Assembly (NCBI RefSeq): GCF_036321535.1
Contig: NC_087436.1
Location: 86,430,001-86,494,000 of the forward strand
Direction of reading: 5' to 3'
DNA from: Camelus dromedarius
Taxonomy: Eukaryota
Length of the DNA: 64,000 nucleotides
Position numbers and translations under genes: made by a program. The notes beneath the pieces were generated by a model. That model was not told the DNA's origin, did not search any database, and worked only from the letters and a program-made list of their open reading frames with translations. Within the stretch, counting starts at the first letter, position 1. The number at the start of each line of letters is the position of its first letter. Below are positions 37,031 to 48,543 of this stretch, in pieces.

Positions 37031-37799
37031 CTCTACAAACTTCATTGATTCATTGAACAACTAGTTATTAAGCATTCTTTATGAGCTAGGCATGGCTATA
37101 GGGTCTAGAAATAGTTTGATGAATTAAACAGACATGGTCTCTGGCCTCATGAAGCTTACAGTCAAGAGGTGCAGTATGGGGAGTGTTTGGATCTCAGACC
37201 ACATGAAGGGAATCGTGAGAAGTTTTGCCAGAAGAGCGAGCTAAGGCCAGATCACTGGAGGCCCTTGAACAGAAGACCAGGAGTTTCAGACTTTAGTCTT
37301 TCAATCAAGACCTATAAACTCAAAAACTTCCAGGGGATACTCAGGAAATGTACATTAGGGAAGTGGTCTGGATGTGAGGCAAGAGGAAGAGTAGGTAGGG
37401 GCTGGGGCACACTGGAACTCCCAAACTCTATCCAAGGAGTGAGTGAGGACTCAACCACAGCTAATTATTGTCACTCAGGGATGTGGATCCAGAGCCTGTG
37501 CTATCAAAAGAGGAAACTGCAGGATTTTAGAGAGACTGTTGGCTTGTTAAGTTTGACAATTAATGTAATTCACTTATTTTTCAAAATACCATGAAGGTCA
37601 ATCAAACTGTGACTGTCTTACGAGATACTAGTTCATGGGTTCTGCTTGTTGCAAATGGGAGCCACGTAATAACCATGAAGACTGCTCAACATGTCAGATG
37701 GGTTGAAGATGGGAACCTTTGGGCAGAGAGCCCAGGAGAAGTGGCCTAGGAGACAAAAAAATGAGAGTCTGGATCAGAATCTGGGCAATGAGAAAGAAG

Positions 37800-38225
37800 A
37801 GAGGCCTAACCCAACAAGATCCCGCCTTAGTAACTGAATCTCATGCAATGATCCAGCCACTCTTCGAGCCGAGTGTGGCCACATGAATAATTCTGGCCAA
37901 TGTAGTGACAGCTAGTTGTTGGACAGGGCTTCAGGAATAGTTTTAAAAAAGAGTATGCCTTTTTGTCCTTTCTTCCTTCCACCTTTCATCTTGCTGGGAA
38001 GTGAACGTCATCACGGCTGAAATTCTAGCAACTATATGACACCAGAGTCAAAGATATAGATAAGAAAGATGGAAGGACCATGGTCTCTAATATCCATCAG
38101 CCACCATCTCAGCCCAGACCTGCTTACCTCAGGATTCCTACTTAGAAGAAAAATAAGTTTCCTCTGTTTCATCTGCTATGTATTGAGTTTTCTGTTATAT
38201 GTGGTCCAACCTAGTCCTAACTGAA
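37800..38225 (+). mobile_element. Old MLT1J-like LTR
   Basis: gtggccacatgaataattctggccaatg; cagcccagacctgcttacctcagga; ttttctgttatatgtggtccaacctagtcctaactgaaa. Confidence 0.6.
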
Positions 38226-38379
38226 AAGCAACTAATGACTGTAGAAAGCAGGGGAGGTTGAAGGAGCCTGGGTGTGGGTATAAGATATTGGAAAGACAGG
38301 AGTGGCAGGAAGCTAGATACACATTAAGAAGGGCAGGGATATAGGCAGACAGGACTTAGTGAGTTCTCGTGATGTTTCA

Positions 38380-38580
38380 GGCATTACTTTACACACATTA
38401 ACTCATTGAAATCTAACAACCAAGCTATAAAGCTACTATTCTGTAACAGTTTTACAGATGGGAAAACTAAGGCACAGAGATACAAAGTAACTCACTCCAG
38501 GCTGCCCAGCTAGAAGTGGTGGAACCGTGGGTATCCAGGTGGCTGGTTCCAGAGCCCAGATTTATAACTTCCATGCTGTG
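38380..38580 (-). mobile_element. MIR SINE
   Basis: cagttttacagatgggaaaactaaggcacagagatacaaagtaactcac...cagctagaagtggtggaacc. Confidence 0.8.
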
Positions 38581-38639
38581 CCGTCCTCATTGGGCACATG
38601 GTCTCTTACTACCATCACTCCCATAGCAGTTCCTCCTCC

Positions 38640-38880
38640 CTCCCTCCCTCCCTCCCTCTTCCATGCTGCTTTCCAGGCACACTGCTTCCTTTTGTCTTTG
38701 AAAATGCCAACTCCCTTCCTGCCTCAACTCAGAGCCTTTGTCCTAGCTGAACTCTCTGCCTAGAAGACTCTTCCCTCTGATTATTGTGTTAGTGGATCCT
38801 CCTAATTCTGGTCTCAGCTCAAAGGTCACCTCCTCAAAGAGGCCTCTGTATCAGTAGTCAGAGTACTCTTGCAATGTCTG
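38640..38880 (+). mobile_element. L2 fragment
   Basis: cagagcctttgtcctagctg...ctctgcctagaagactcttccc; ggtctcagctcaaaggtcacctcctcaaagaggcct. Confidence 0.7.
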
Positions 38881-39708
38881 TTTCCGTGCAGAATTATAAC
38901 CTGTGTCTGCATTCTCAGACATCTACCCTTCTGTTTCTGCATTTAAGCTAAATAGAATGATCTATTTAAAGAAAAAAAAAAAAAACGAGAAACTCGGGAC
39001 TTGAGTGCTAGATAGTCATCTATGGCCTCAAGGAGTTCTCTGACTAATGGAGAGGCACACAAGAAAACCCGTGTTCATTATAAGTGCTCTTAGGGAGGTG
39101 CAGGTGAAATGCGCATCAAGGGCAGAAAGAAAAGCTAATGCAAATAATTGAAAGTATCAGAGTTTACTCCTTGTACCCAGTTTTTTGCTGGATATATGAC
39201 CACCAAAAACAAGGACTACATTTCCCAGTCTCTTTTGCAGCAAATGTGGCCATGTGACATTAATGATTCCAAAAAAAAAAAAAAAAAACAAAAACAAAAC
39301 CAAACCTGCATGACGTGTATAATATTAACCAGCTAAAAGTCTGGAAGAAATTCGAAAAACCAGACAGAAGTCTTTGATTTTTAAGGCATATTTAATCACG
39401 GCTTAAAGCAAAATGAAAGACCACAAATCTATTCAGACATTCCAAACAGTGAAGAAATAATTTTTACCAAAATCTTGTAACCTTAACTCACACTGAAAGA
39501 AATTGTCCCTAAGCAGTGCTGACAACCCTGTCTGAGATGTGAATCTGAAAGCACAGTGTATTTTTTAAATTATATTTTGGAAGCATTGAATATGCTCAAT
39601 GAAATTCCAGAATTAATCCACTCTAGTTTTGCAATAGGCACCGACTCATCCAAAACTCCTCCCCTCTTTCCTTTTGGCAAAGTCTCCCTCTTCCCCAACT
39701 CCCTGAGG

Positions 39709-39731
39709 TACACACACACACACACACACAC
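39709..39731. repeat. (CA)n microsatellite
   Basis: tacacacacacacacacacacaca. Confidence 0.9.
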
Positions 39732-40149
39732 AATTCCATGCATCACTATATTCACAGTTAATCCAACAGACTTTCATTTCTGTTTCCTGACTCTGTTTTT
39801 CCATCCCAGATGGAGGGAAAACATCTCCTTTACTGCCTGGAACATCTCCCAGATGAGCCGAGATGCAGGGAACCTCCCTAACGAAGGGGATAGGCTGGCT
39901 CTTTCTGCCCGTGAATTCAGGCTGTTCAGCAGTCTTTCATGAAATGACAGGAGATCTGAGTGCTACCGAATCCCACAAATGCTGAAATGGCAGTGGGTTG
40001 ACATGTGTCATGTGTGCAGAGAACAAACAATTCACCTAGAGACACAGTCTTCCCATGAGATGGATCATTTTAATTCAGTGCTGAAGGAGTAGAGAGTCCA
40101 TGAAACAAATTAGCTTCAGAATCTATAGTTTTAGCTCATAATAGATAGT

Positions 40150-40480
40150 TCTTTTTTAAAAAATTAACTATTTTTGAGATCTAATTGACGTATATAAAAT
40201 TTATCTTCTTTAAGCATACAGTTCAGTGGGTTTTAGTACATTCACAAATGTCTACAACCATCACTATTATCTATTTCCAGAACACTTTTACTACCCCGAA
40301 AAGAAATGCCATACCCACTAGCAGTCAATCCCACTCCTCCAAGCCGCCGGCCCTAGGCCATCACTAATTTACTTTCTGTCTCTATAGATTTGCCTATTCT
40401 TGACATACATTTTGTATAAATGGCAACGTGTGGCTATTTGCGTCTGGCTTCTTTCACTTAATGTTTTTAAGATTCTGGAT
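40150..40480 (-). mobile_element. L1MB-type 3' fragment
   Basis: catacagttcagtgggttttagtacattcaca...caaccatcactattatctatttccagaacac...cactaatttactttctgtctctatagatttgcctattct. Confidence 0.85.
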
Positions 40481-40539
40481 GAGAGTTTTTGATGATATAT
40501 TGAATTTCTGTTCTAACGGTCTTCCAGTGTCGAGGGCCT

Positions 40540-40750
40540 CTCTGTGTAGAAGTGCTGTACACGCACAGTCTCATTTCACCCTCACAGCTGTGGGATGGGG
40601 CACAGGCGATTATATCTGTTTTACAGATGAGGGATTGGGGCTTATACAGAAGTCAAATAATTTCTCGAAGGTCTGACAGCTAATAAGCAACAGAGTGGGG
40701 TTTTAGTCCAGATCCATTTGACTCCAAAGCTGGTGATCTTACACTCCAGG
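40540..40750 (-). mobile_element. MIR SINE
   Basis: tctcatttcaccctcacagc; gttttacagatgagggattggggct; ttgactccaaagc. Confidence 0.7.
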
Positions 40751-41174
40751 TGCCAGGATTCTTGGAGATGAGTTCTGATTTTGCTGCCCTTTCCAGTCTC
40801 TTCTTTTAAACAGGAAAATGTGTGTTGCAAAGATGCTTGAGAGTTAAGGCCGTTCCCGAGGGGCGGGCTGGCCTCAGCTGAATGACACTGATCTGCGGCC
40901 CCAGGAATCCCAGCAGCTTTGGGGAGAATGATGCCAGAGTCTCCAGCATGCCAGATGGGGAACTAGCCTGGAGCGTCTGGTTGAGCCTTGGAATGCCACT
41001 GACATCCCTGTTTGGGTCTCCAGTTGGTGGGCTAATAAATCAGATTGTTCACCAGCAGAATCTCATCTTGATGAATCTTGTAGAAACATGAGTCATCCTG
41101 CCCATCACGTTGCTGTGTCTCCATCGCAAGTCTCAACCCAAGAATCTGGGGATGAGATTCAACTTTTAAAAAAT

Positions 41175-41176
41175 AT

Positions 41177-41219
<43 letters not shown>

Positions 41220-41390
41220 CTGAAGTATAGTCAGTTACAGTGTGTCAGTTTCTGGTGTACAGCATAATGTTTCAGTCATATACAGACATATGAATGTTCA
41301 TTTTCATATTCTTTTTCATTATACATTACTGCAAAGTATTGAATATAGTTCTGTGTGCTATACAGAGGAAATTTGTTTTATATCTTTTAA
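41175..41390 (-). mobile_element. Short 5'-truncated lineage-type L1 3' end with (ATTT)11 tail microsatellite
   Basis: (attt)11 at 41175-41218 then tgaagtatagtcagttac...tttctggtgtacagcataatgtttcagtcata...gaatatagttctgtgtgctatacag. Confidence 0.85.
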
Positions 41391-41894
41391 TATTTTATTT
41401 TTATTGATGTCTGGCTGATTTAAAATCAACTTATTTCTGAAGACTCTATAAAGAGTAACAAAATTTTCAAGCAGAAATCTGTAAATGGCTGATTTTCAAT
41501 TTTCATGTTTCTCCCGGAAAAAAAATGACATAAATTATAACTGAAGCCCACAATTCAGTCCTTAACCTCATTTCAGCTCTTTGTTCCACCTTCTGCCCTG
41601 AGATTCCAAAACCAAATGGTAAGGAGTTATCAACCTCACATCTTGTTTCTACCCTCCCAACCCTGAGAGACCTTGATAACCACAAACTGTCACAGAGTTC
41701 AGAATAGGCTGTATGGGCTGAGCAACCTAGACAGTCAGAGAGTAATTCTGCTTTACAGTCCTGGACCCTGGATGCATTTTGGATACAGATGCAGAGGAAA
41801 TGTTCTTTAAATGATGATAGATTATTAGGCACATCGTTAAAATGAAACCAACCAAACTCAAAATGCTTAGTTTAGGCTTGAGTTGAATCCTCTC

Positions 41895-42125
41895 TTTTTT
41901 TGTTTTTAAATTGAAGTATAGTTGATTTACAATACTGTGTTATTTTCAGATGTACAGCCTAGTGATTCAGTATTTTTGCAGATTATACTCTATTATAGGT
42001 TATTGCGAGATAATGGCTGTAATTCCCGGTGCTATACAGTATATCGTTGTTGTTTATCTATTTTATGTACAGTAGTTTGTATCTGTTAATCACATAAGCC
42101 GAATTCGTCTCTTCCCTCTTCCCTC
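41895..42125 (-). mobile_element. Short 5'-truncated cetartiodactyl-type L1 3' end
   Basis: ttgaagtatagttgatttacaat...gtacagcctagtgattcagt...gctatacagtatatcgttgttgtttatctattttatgtacagtagtttgtatctgttaat. Confidence 0.85.
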
Positions 42126-42299
42126 CTTTAAAGGAGAGAGACAGCGTCATTGTCCCTCACTCCAAAGGTAGGGGCTGTCCAGCTGCCTGGTTCCTGCTAT
42201 CCTTCTGCTGTTTCTGGCAGCAGGAGCCTCTGCCTCAGGCTGAGGCCGTGTCCTCAGACATCACACCTGAGAGAGCTTACTCTACTTCTGTAGTCAGAC

Positions 42300-42510
42300 A
42301 AAAGCGCCTCTGAAACCCTAGTCCACTGGTTCCTAGGTGGAGGCAAATTACTTAACCTCTCTAAGCCTGTTTCCTCCCTTATTAAATGAGAATATTAATA
42401 CCAACCTCTTAAGGGTATTAGGGGGATTAAATGAGATAAAATATGTAAAACACTCAGCAGAGTGTTTGACATATAGTAAGTCCTGATAAACATTGGCTAT
42501 TGTTTTTATA
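42300..42510 (+). mobile_element. MIR SINE
   Basis: ggcaaattacttaacctctctaagcctgtttcctc...ggattaaatgagataaaatatgtaaaacactcagcagagtg. Confidence 0.8.
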
Positions 42511-43166
42511 AATTTCTCTCGGATATTTGGAAGTACCTCCCACTGAGAGGTTACACCGTCTCCATTTTAGCCTGCAGAACACACATGATTTACAGAGGCT
42601 GGGAGGGAATAAAAATGTGAGCTGTTCTAATGGGTGCTTTCTGGTATGAGCACCGAATCTCAAAGGGAAAAGCTTTCAGAAGGGTTGGAAATTGAAGTGT
42701 TTTTCTCTTCGGCTCATGTGATCTCTTCCTCTTTCAGGAGGAAGGAATTAAAGGTTGGGCCCCAGGAAGGAGCCCAAACAATGGAAGATGATGAGGCAAG
42801 AGGTGAAGGCCTCCCTTCAGAGAGCAGGAGTGGGGAGAGGAAAGGTGCAGGCCATGAGGGTGGAGTCCTGGAGACAGCCTTGGCCACTGCCACCCAGTTA
42901 GGGACAGGCACCCCTTCTCCCAGACAACACCTCCCCTCACGAGGACCCATGATTTGGTGCAGGGAGCTCAAGTTGGATTTCAGACCCCACCCTTCCCCTC
43001 TCATCTCTTCAAATAAGTCCTTGACCAGAACCCAGACTTCACAGCCTTAGGCCGAGTTTGCATTTGGATCAAGAGTCCAGGACCAGAAAGATAAAAGCAT
43101 GTAGGTTGGTATCTGTAGAGGGCAGGAGAAGGGAGGGTCTTAGCAAAGTGTTTCTCTAGATGTAGA

Positions 43167-43789
43167 TGTAACCAAGCAGAACCCTATCAGGCTTTCCCAG
43201 GATAGACCTCCACCTCACCTCCATGTTCTCCATGTAGAAAAACTTTAGCCTCCTAGGTTGTCCCAAGTCCCCAATAATCTATTTAATCAGAGAAGTGAGA
43301 AAATGCACAAAGGGAAACAGTCAAGCAAGACAAAACAATAATAGTTTAGCCATTCAACAAAGTCAAGGATCTTTTAGTTCCTCCTCAGGAGCTGTAGATA
43401 ATATTCTGGGCCATGTCCTTTGAGCTGCTTTGCAGACACTAAAACCCCCACCAGGTGGAAGAAGTTAACTATCTGCTGCCCACAAGCACATAGACCCCAG
43501 ACCAGTTGGAACCAGGTTGATGATGTTGACACCCAACTGCCCCGCCACCAACCAGTCAGAAGAATGTCTATGAGCTGATCATGCACCCGACAATCCCCGT
43601 CCCTCATCCTGTCTTTAAAACCCTTTCCCTGAAAGCCATGGGGAGTTCGGGTCTTTTTAAGCCCTCGCTGCCTGGACTTCTTGCTTGGCGCCCTGCAGTA
43701 AGCGCTGCACTTCCCTTCAGCACCACCTGGTGGCAGTAGATTGGCTTCACTGCCTGAGGGCTAGCGGACCCAAGTTTACTTTGGTAACT
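43167..43789 (+). mobile_element. ERV1-type solo LTR related to the 30579-31151 LTR
   Basis: Starts tgtaaccaagcagaaccctat (cf. tgaaacagagcaggaccctgt), shares ccaggtgga and ccctcatcc, ends cggaccc...tggtaac; AATAAA degenerated; TSD not evident. Confidence 0.75.
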
Positions 43790-43825
43790 TTGGTTCAGTG
43801 GATACTTTGCCGGATTTGTGAACCA

Positions 43826-44130
43826 TCGTAGTAGGTTGGGTTTTTCAGAAACTGAAGCTGAAGTGAAGACTGGGATGTAAGACGTGTACTAGAGGTCAGC
43901 AGCTGTGAAGACAGGGGGGTGCGGGAGAAGGCAAGGGCAATGCAAGCTGATAAAGCCTCAGCCCACGCGGAGGGGCACGACCTCTGGCAGCAGCCGGCCT
44001 CTCTGCAGCTGAGGCGGGTCCGAGAGGAGCCACTCGCTGAAGGAGGTCTGTTGACCATCCTCCCGGCAGCTGGGCAGCAAGGCCTTCCTCAGAGGGCGAC
44101 CTGGGTGGCGCCTCTGCCACAACCACGTCT
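43826..44130 (-). mobile_element. LTR16-like ERVL LTR
   Basis: gtagtaggttgggttt, cctcagccc, ctctctgcagctgaggc, ctcccggcagctgggcagcaaggcctt, acctgggtggc. Confidence 0.6.
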
Positions 44131-44140
44131 ACTACTATTC

Positions 44141-44700
44141 CCAGTTAGCCCTGAATTAGCCAATAGTGAAACATGGCTCCTGGGGCAATACAGGGCTTGG
44201 ATTCCTGTGAGCCTCTGAACACAACATATTCATCAACAGATCGATACATAACCTTGTTTGAAGTGTGCTTCCTTTTAAAGACACCTTTTAAAATACATAT
44301 TATTGATTCATCAATGTTGAACTCACGGTCAACAGCACTACAGTTCAGGCCTGGGCAAAGCTGAGCTAATGCATGTGTTTTCTCCGTCAGGCCCAGCACA
44401 GCCTTCGAGACCACGCTTCAGAATTGCGCCCGGGGGCCATTTTAAACAGCACAGTCACCAACAAGAAGCACAAAAATGTGACACTGGATAGACCTCGGAA
44501 AGGACACTTGTTTACAATACGGGAGCTGAGAAGAGAAGGCAAGGTGCCACCTCGTTCAACCTCAGCTGAGAACTTGCCTGTTTTTCGGCCCCTCGGCACG
44601 TCTGCAGATGATCGAGGAAGCACTGTAAGTACTGGCTTTGGGGTCACAAATTTTAGCAGGTAGGCGAATTCAGAATCCATGAATAATGAGGATCAATTGT
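44141..44700. mobile_element. MER82-like TcMar-Tigger element
   Basis: ttcctgtgagcctctg, gttgaactcacggtcaacagcact, gggggccattttaaacagc, ggaaaggacacttgtttaca, gaatccatgaataatgaggatcaattgt. Confidence 0.75.
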
Positions 44701-44953
44701 GCTTAACAAATTTTAATTGCCTCCCTTATAATTTAAAATTTTGCTCTACTTTTATTCTAGGTAATATTATTGATGGAATCATGGTTTAATCGTGCCGGAT
44801 ATTTATTTTCTAATGCACATTAATTTAAATACATTAATGGTAAAATCAAATTGTTCATCTTTATACCTCCTAAAATTGTCTCATGCACCCCCAGGAGTGC
44901 ACAGAGCTCAGGAATCAGTGATTCTTTGAGGGTGGATTTTTGTGGGCGTCAGA

Positions 44954-44995
44954 GGTTTGATATCGTGGGTGGTTTGATATCGTGGATGGTTTGAT
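44954..44995. repeat. 17-bp tandem repeat, ~2.5 copies
   Basis: ggtttgatatcgtgggt ggtttgatatcgtggat ggtttgat. Confidence 0.9.
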
Positions 44996-45668
44996 CTGAT
45001 CCAGTCTCAGGAAATCGTCTCTCCTCAGGTTTCTGTTGGAATCATTTGTTTGTTCCAGGAACTCTGGGCTAAGAGGAATTTCTCTTCCCTATTCCACTCA
45101 GCATAAGTTATGTTTATCCTTTACTTGCTAATAAAACAACAGCTTGTGTTTAATGTGGATTGATTCAAATAAGAGAATTCAGCAACTTTCCAAATCCGCC
45201 AACTTCTTCCTGTGTGGTTAAACGGTCCCATATTTGGTGAAAATGGAGAAAGGAAATGACAAGGGATTTGGATATTATCCTGAAAGCTATTTGTTTGCTT
45301 TGAAAATCTTAATAAAAGATTTCTCCAATTTATTTTTCATAAGTTCGTGGGAAGCTGGAATAATTTCTGTGAAAGAGCTGGTTTTTAGGGAAAAAAACAC
45401 TGTTTAATCTGCAAGTGCACTGAAAATTACTTTTAAGTGCTACCTGACATTTGTAACCTAAGATGTCCAGAGTTGACAATATTGCAAAGATTCTCTCATG
45501 ATTCAATAATCACGGGGATGCAAATTTATTTCCTTCAGTGGGGGATCCATTAAAAGCATATGACCTTTTTAATTAGCCTCCAGCCTCTCTATCATGATAT
45601 GATCTACCTGCATTTCCCCATTTTCTCAAGCATCAGCTGAATTTTTAATAGATGAAGCTAAATGTTTA

Positions 45669-45834
45669 TTTTTCTTTACTTTTTTTCTTTTTTAAAATTT
45701 ATTTTTAATTTTTTTTTTGTTGGGGGGTAGGTAATTCGTTTTACTTATTTATTTTTAGAGGAGGTACTGGGGATTGAACCCAGGACCTTGTGTATGCTAA
45801 GCATGTGCTCTACCACTTGAGCTATACCCACCTC
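45669..45834 (-). mobile_element. tRNA-derived SINE (camelid Vic-1-like)
   Basis: Minus strand has A-box tagctcaagtgg and B-box gggttcaatccc; A-rich tail; TSD ctaaatgttta / ctaaatattta (45658-45668 / 45835-45845). Confidence 0.88.
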
Positions 45835-45954
45835 CTAAATATTTAATAATTGAAAGTGGAGGTGATTTAAATCAAACCAAAGACAGCATGTATAAATTTT
45901 TTAACACTGAACCTATGTTCTGTTTTCTTCTCCTTCATTGTGCTTTTCTTTCTT

Positions 45955-47060
45955 TCTTTTTTTTTCAAATTTCAACTTTATTGAGGTATAATTAACAAAT
46001 AAAACTGTAAGATATTTGTGTACATGATGATGATTTAATATGTGTTGTGAAAGGATTCTCCCTGTCTGGTTAACCTATCCATCACCTCACATGTTAATAA
46101 TCCTTTTTTTTTTTCTTTATCCACTCATCCATCAATGGGCACAATATCTTGACTATTGTACATAGTGCTGCAATGAACATGAAATCATAGATATCTCTTT
46201 GATAATCTATTTTCATCCCTTTTAAATATATACCCAGACTTGGAATTGCTGTATTATATGGTAATTATATTTTTAATTTTTTTGAGGAACTTCCAAACTG
46301 TTTTACATAGTGGCTGCAGCATTTTACATTCCCACCAACAGTGCACAAGGGTTCCCTTTTCTCCACATCCTCGCCAACACTCTCTCTTGTCTTTCTGGTG
46401 ACAGCCATTCTCATAGGTGTGAGGTGACAACTCATTTTGATTTTGATTTTGATTTTCCTAATTAGTGATGTTGAGCATCTTTTCCATGTACCTATTGGCC
46501 ATCTGTCTGTCTTCTCTAGAAAAATGTCTGTTCAGTTCCTCTGACCATTTTAAATTGGATGGCTTTTATGCTATTTAGTAGTACGACTTCTTAACATATT
46601 TTGGATATGTTATCAGATAGATGATTTGCACTATTTTCTCCCATTCAGCAGTTGCCTTTTCATTTTGTGGATGGTTTCCTTTGCTGGGCAGAAGCTTTTT
46701 AGTTTGATGTCATTCCACCTGTTTATTTTTCACTTTCGTTGCCTTTGCTTTCAGTGTCAAATCCAAAAAATCATTGCCAAGACTGATGTCAAGGAGTTAC
46801 CCCCTATGTTCTTTCCTAGGACTTTTATGTTTTCAGGTCTTATGACCAGGTCTTTAATCCTTTTTGAGTTGACTTTTATGTATGGTGTAAGATAGGGGTC
46901 CAGTTTCATTGTTTTGCACGTGGCTGTCCAGTTTTCCCAAAAACATTTATTGAGGAGACTGTCCTTTCCCCATCGTACATTCTTGGCTCTTCTGTAATAA
47001 ATTAATTGACCACATATGCATGGATTAATTTCTAGGCTCTCTATTCTGTACCATTGTCCT
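45955..47060 (-). mobile_element. L1MA-type fragment (3' end joined to degraded ORF2 C-terminal region)
   Basis: tttattgaggtataattaac 3' end; ttacattcccaccaacagtgcacaagggttcccttttctccacatcctcgccaacac; cagaagctttttagtttgatgt; no long ORF left. Confidence 0.9.
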
Positions 47061-47785
47061 TCGTTGTGTTTTCTGGTGGATATTAATGTCTGTGTTTGGG
47101 TTTCTTTTGTAATTCTCCCCCAGTGAATTACTTCAGGAGAGAGAAGGAAATGTTGCTACAAACATAACATAATTGATAGTCCAACGCACTAGCACTAGCC
47201 CTGCTCACGAGGAGGGACCCTGCCACTCTGAATGCGGCTTCCAGATGAAGGGGAGCCTGTGGTCCCAGCACTTTATCATCCCGTAGAGCCCTCAGGACAA
47301 TTCTGCTTCCCCTGGATCTTACAGCCCCTGGTTCCCCTCTTGTGGGTTTTATCCTACCATGGCAGCAGTAGGTTCTGGTCTGCCCAGAATACACATCTGG
47401 TCTACATGTCACCTGCTTTGTTCTCTAAATCACAGCTGTCCCCCTCATTGGTGACTGCACACTACTGTGTTGAAATCAGGCCACCATATATGGTCCTCAG
47501 CCTTCCCAGTGGCCAGGTGGCCACCTGGAGTGGCTGGAGCCTCTGGCCTCAAATAGCCTCATCTGTAGTCTCAGTACAAGAAAGATCATTTTCTGTGTGT
47601 GCCAGGACATGAATAAGGTTGGGGAGCGCTTCTCAAGACCAAGGTTCATCATGGCCTTGGGAACCTCAAGGATCCCCTAGTGCCTCTGTCCTCTGTATGT
47701 TTGCTTGACTCTCTCTGTAGTACCTGGTCACCAGTCCCCAGAACAACTGGCCCATCTTTAGACCTGAGACTGGCTTATTTCATTC

Positions 47786-48180
47786 CTGTGGCAGCAACTG
47801 ACTGGATGGTCACCCAACCTGCTTCCTTTTCTAGGCTTAGACACAAACTACATCTCCCAGGCCCTTTCATCCAGGTGGGAGAGTAAGACTAGCTCTTGCA
47901 GATGGAGTGTAAGGGGAAATGATGTATCATTTCTGGGCCAAGGTCACTGAGAGTTGCATGCCTTCTCCACACTTTCCTCCTAATTTCTCAGCCTAAAATG
48001 TCCTTTGCATGTGTTGAAGATGGTTGCTAGGTCCCTAAATGACTGCCCTTTGTCCAGCTACCCCATAGCCTCTAATTGACTGAAATAGACATGGATGTGA
48101 ATGAAAATTAATTTTTTATTGTGTTAAGCCCCAAGACTTCAGGATTTATCTGTTATAACAACTAGCATTACTTACAGTAA
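47786..48180 (+). mobile_element. Old MLT1-type LTR
   Basis: actacatctcccaggccc; tgtgttgaagatgg; ttttattgtgttaagccccaagacttcaggatttatctgttataca. Confidence 0.6.
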
Positions 48181-48214
48181 ATTGGTACAAATTTTTTGTT
48201 CTGGACTTTCATGG

Positions 48215-48543
48215 TGTGAGGGGCTGAATTGTGTCCCCCTTAAAGTTCATAAGTTCTCTAAAGAGGCAGTTAGTTTAAGTGAGAGCATTAGAGTGAATCC
48301 TAATCCAATGAGACTGGTGTCCTTATAGGAAGAAAAGCAGACCAGGGGTGCTAGTGCATAGCAGGAGCAACCTCATTAAGAGGCAGAAAGAGGGCAGCCA
48401 TCTGCAAGCCAAGGAGAGAAGCCAACCTTGTCAATACCTTCAGCTTGGACTTCCAGCTTCCAGAACTGTAGGCAATAAATTTCCATTTTTTGAACCACTT
48501 AGTCTGTGAGATTTTGTTATGGCAGCCTGAGCAAACCAGTACA
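48215..48543 (+). mobile_element. MLT1B/C-like solo LTR
   Basis: TG...CA ends, perfect 5-bp TSD CATGG (48210-48214 / 48544-48548); gccatctgcaagccaaggagaga, ttggacttccagcttccagaactgtaggcaataaatttcc. Confidence 0.9.

Noticed and set aside
41175..41437. Possible second copy of the mini-L1
   Set aside because: It ends near the same 3'UTR position, but no L1 5'UTR head follows; best read as an ordinary 5'-truncated copy
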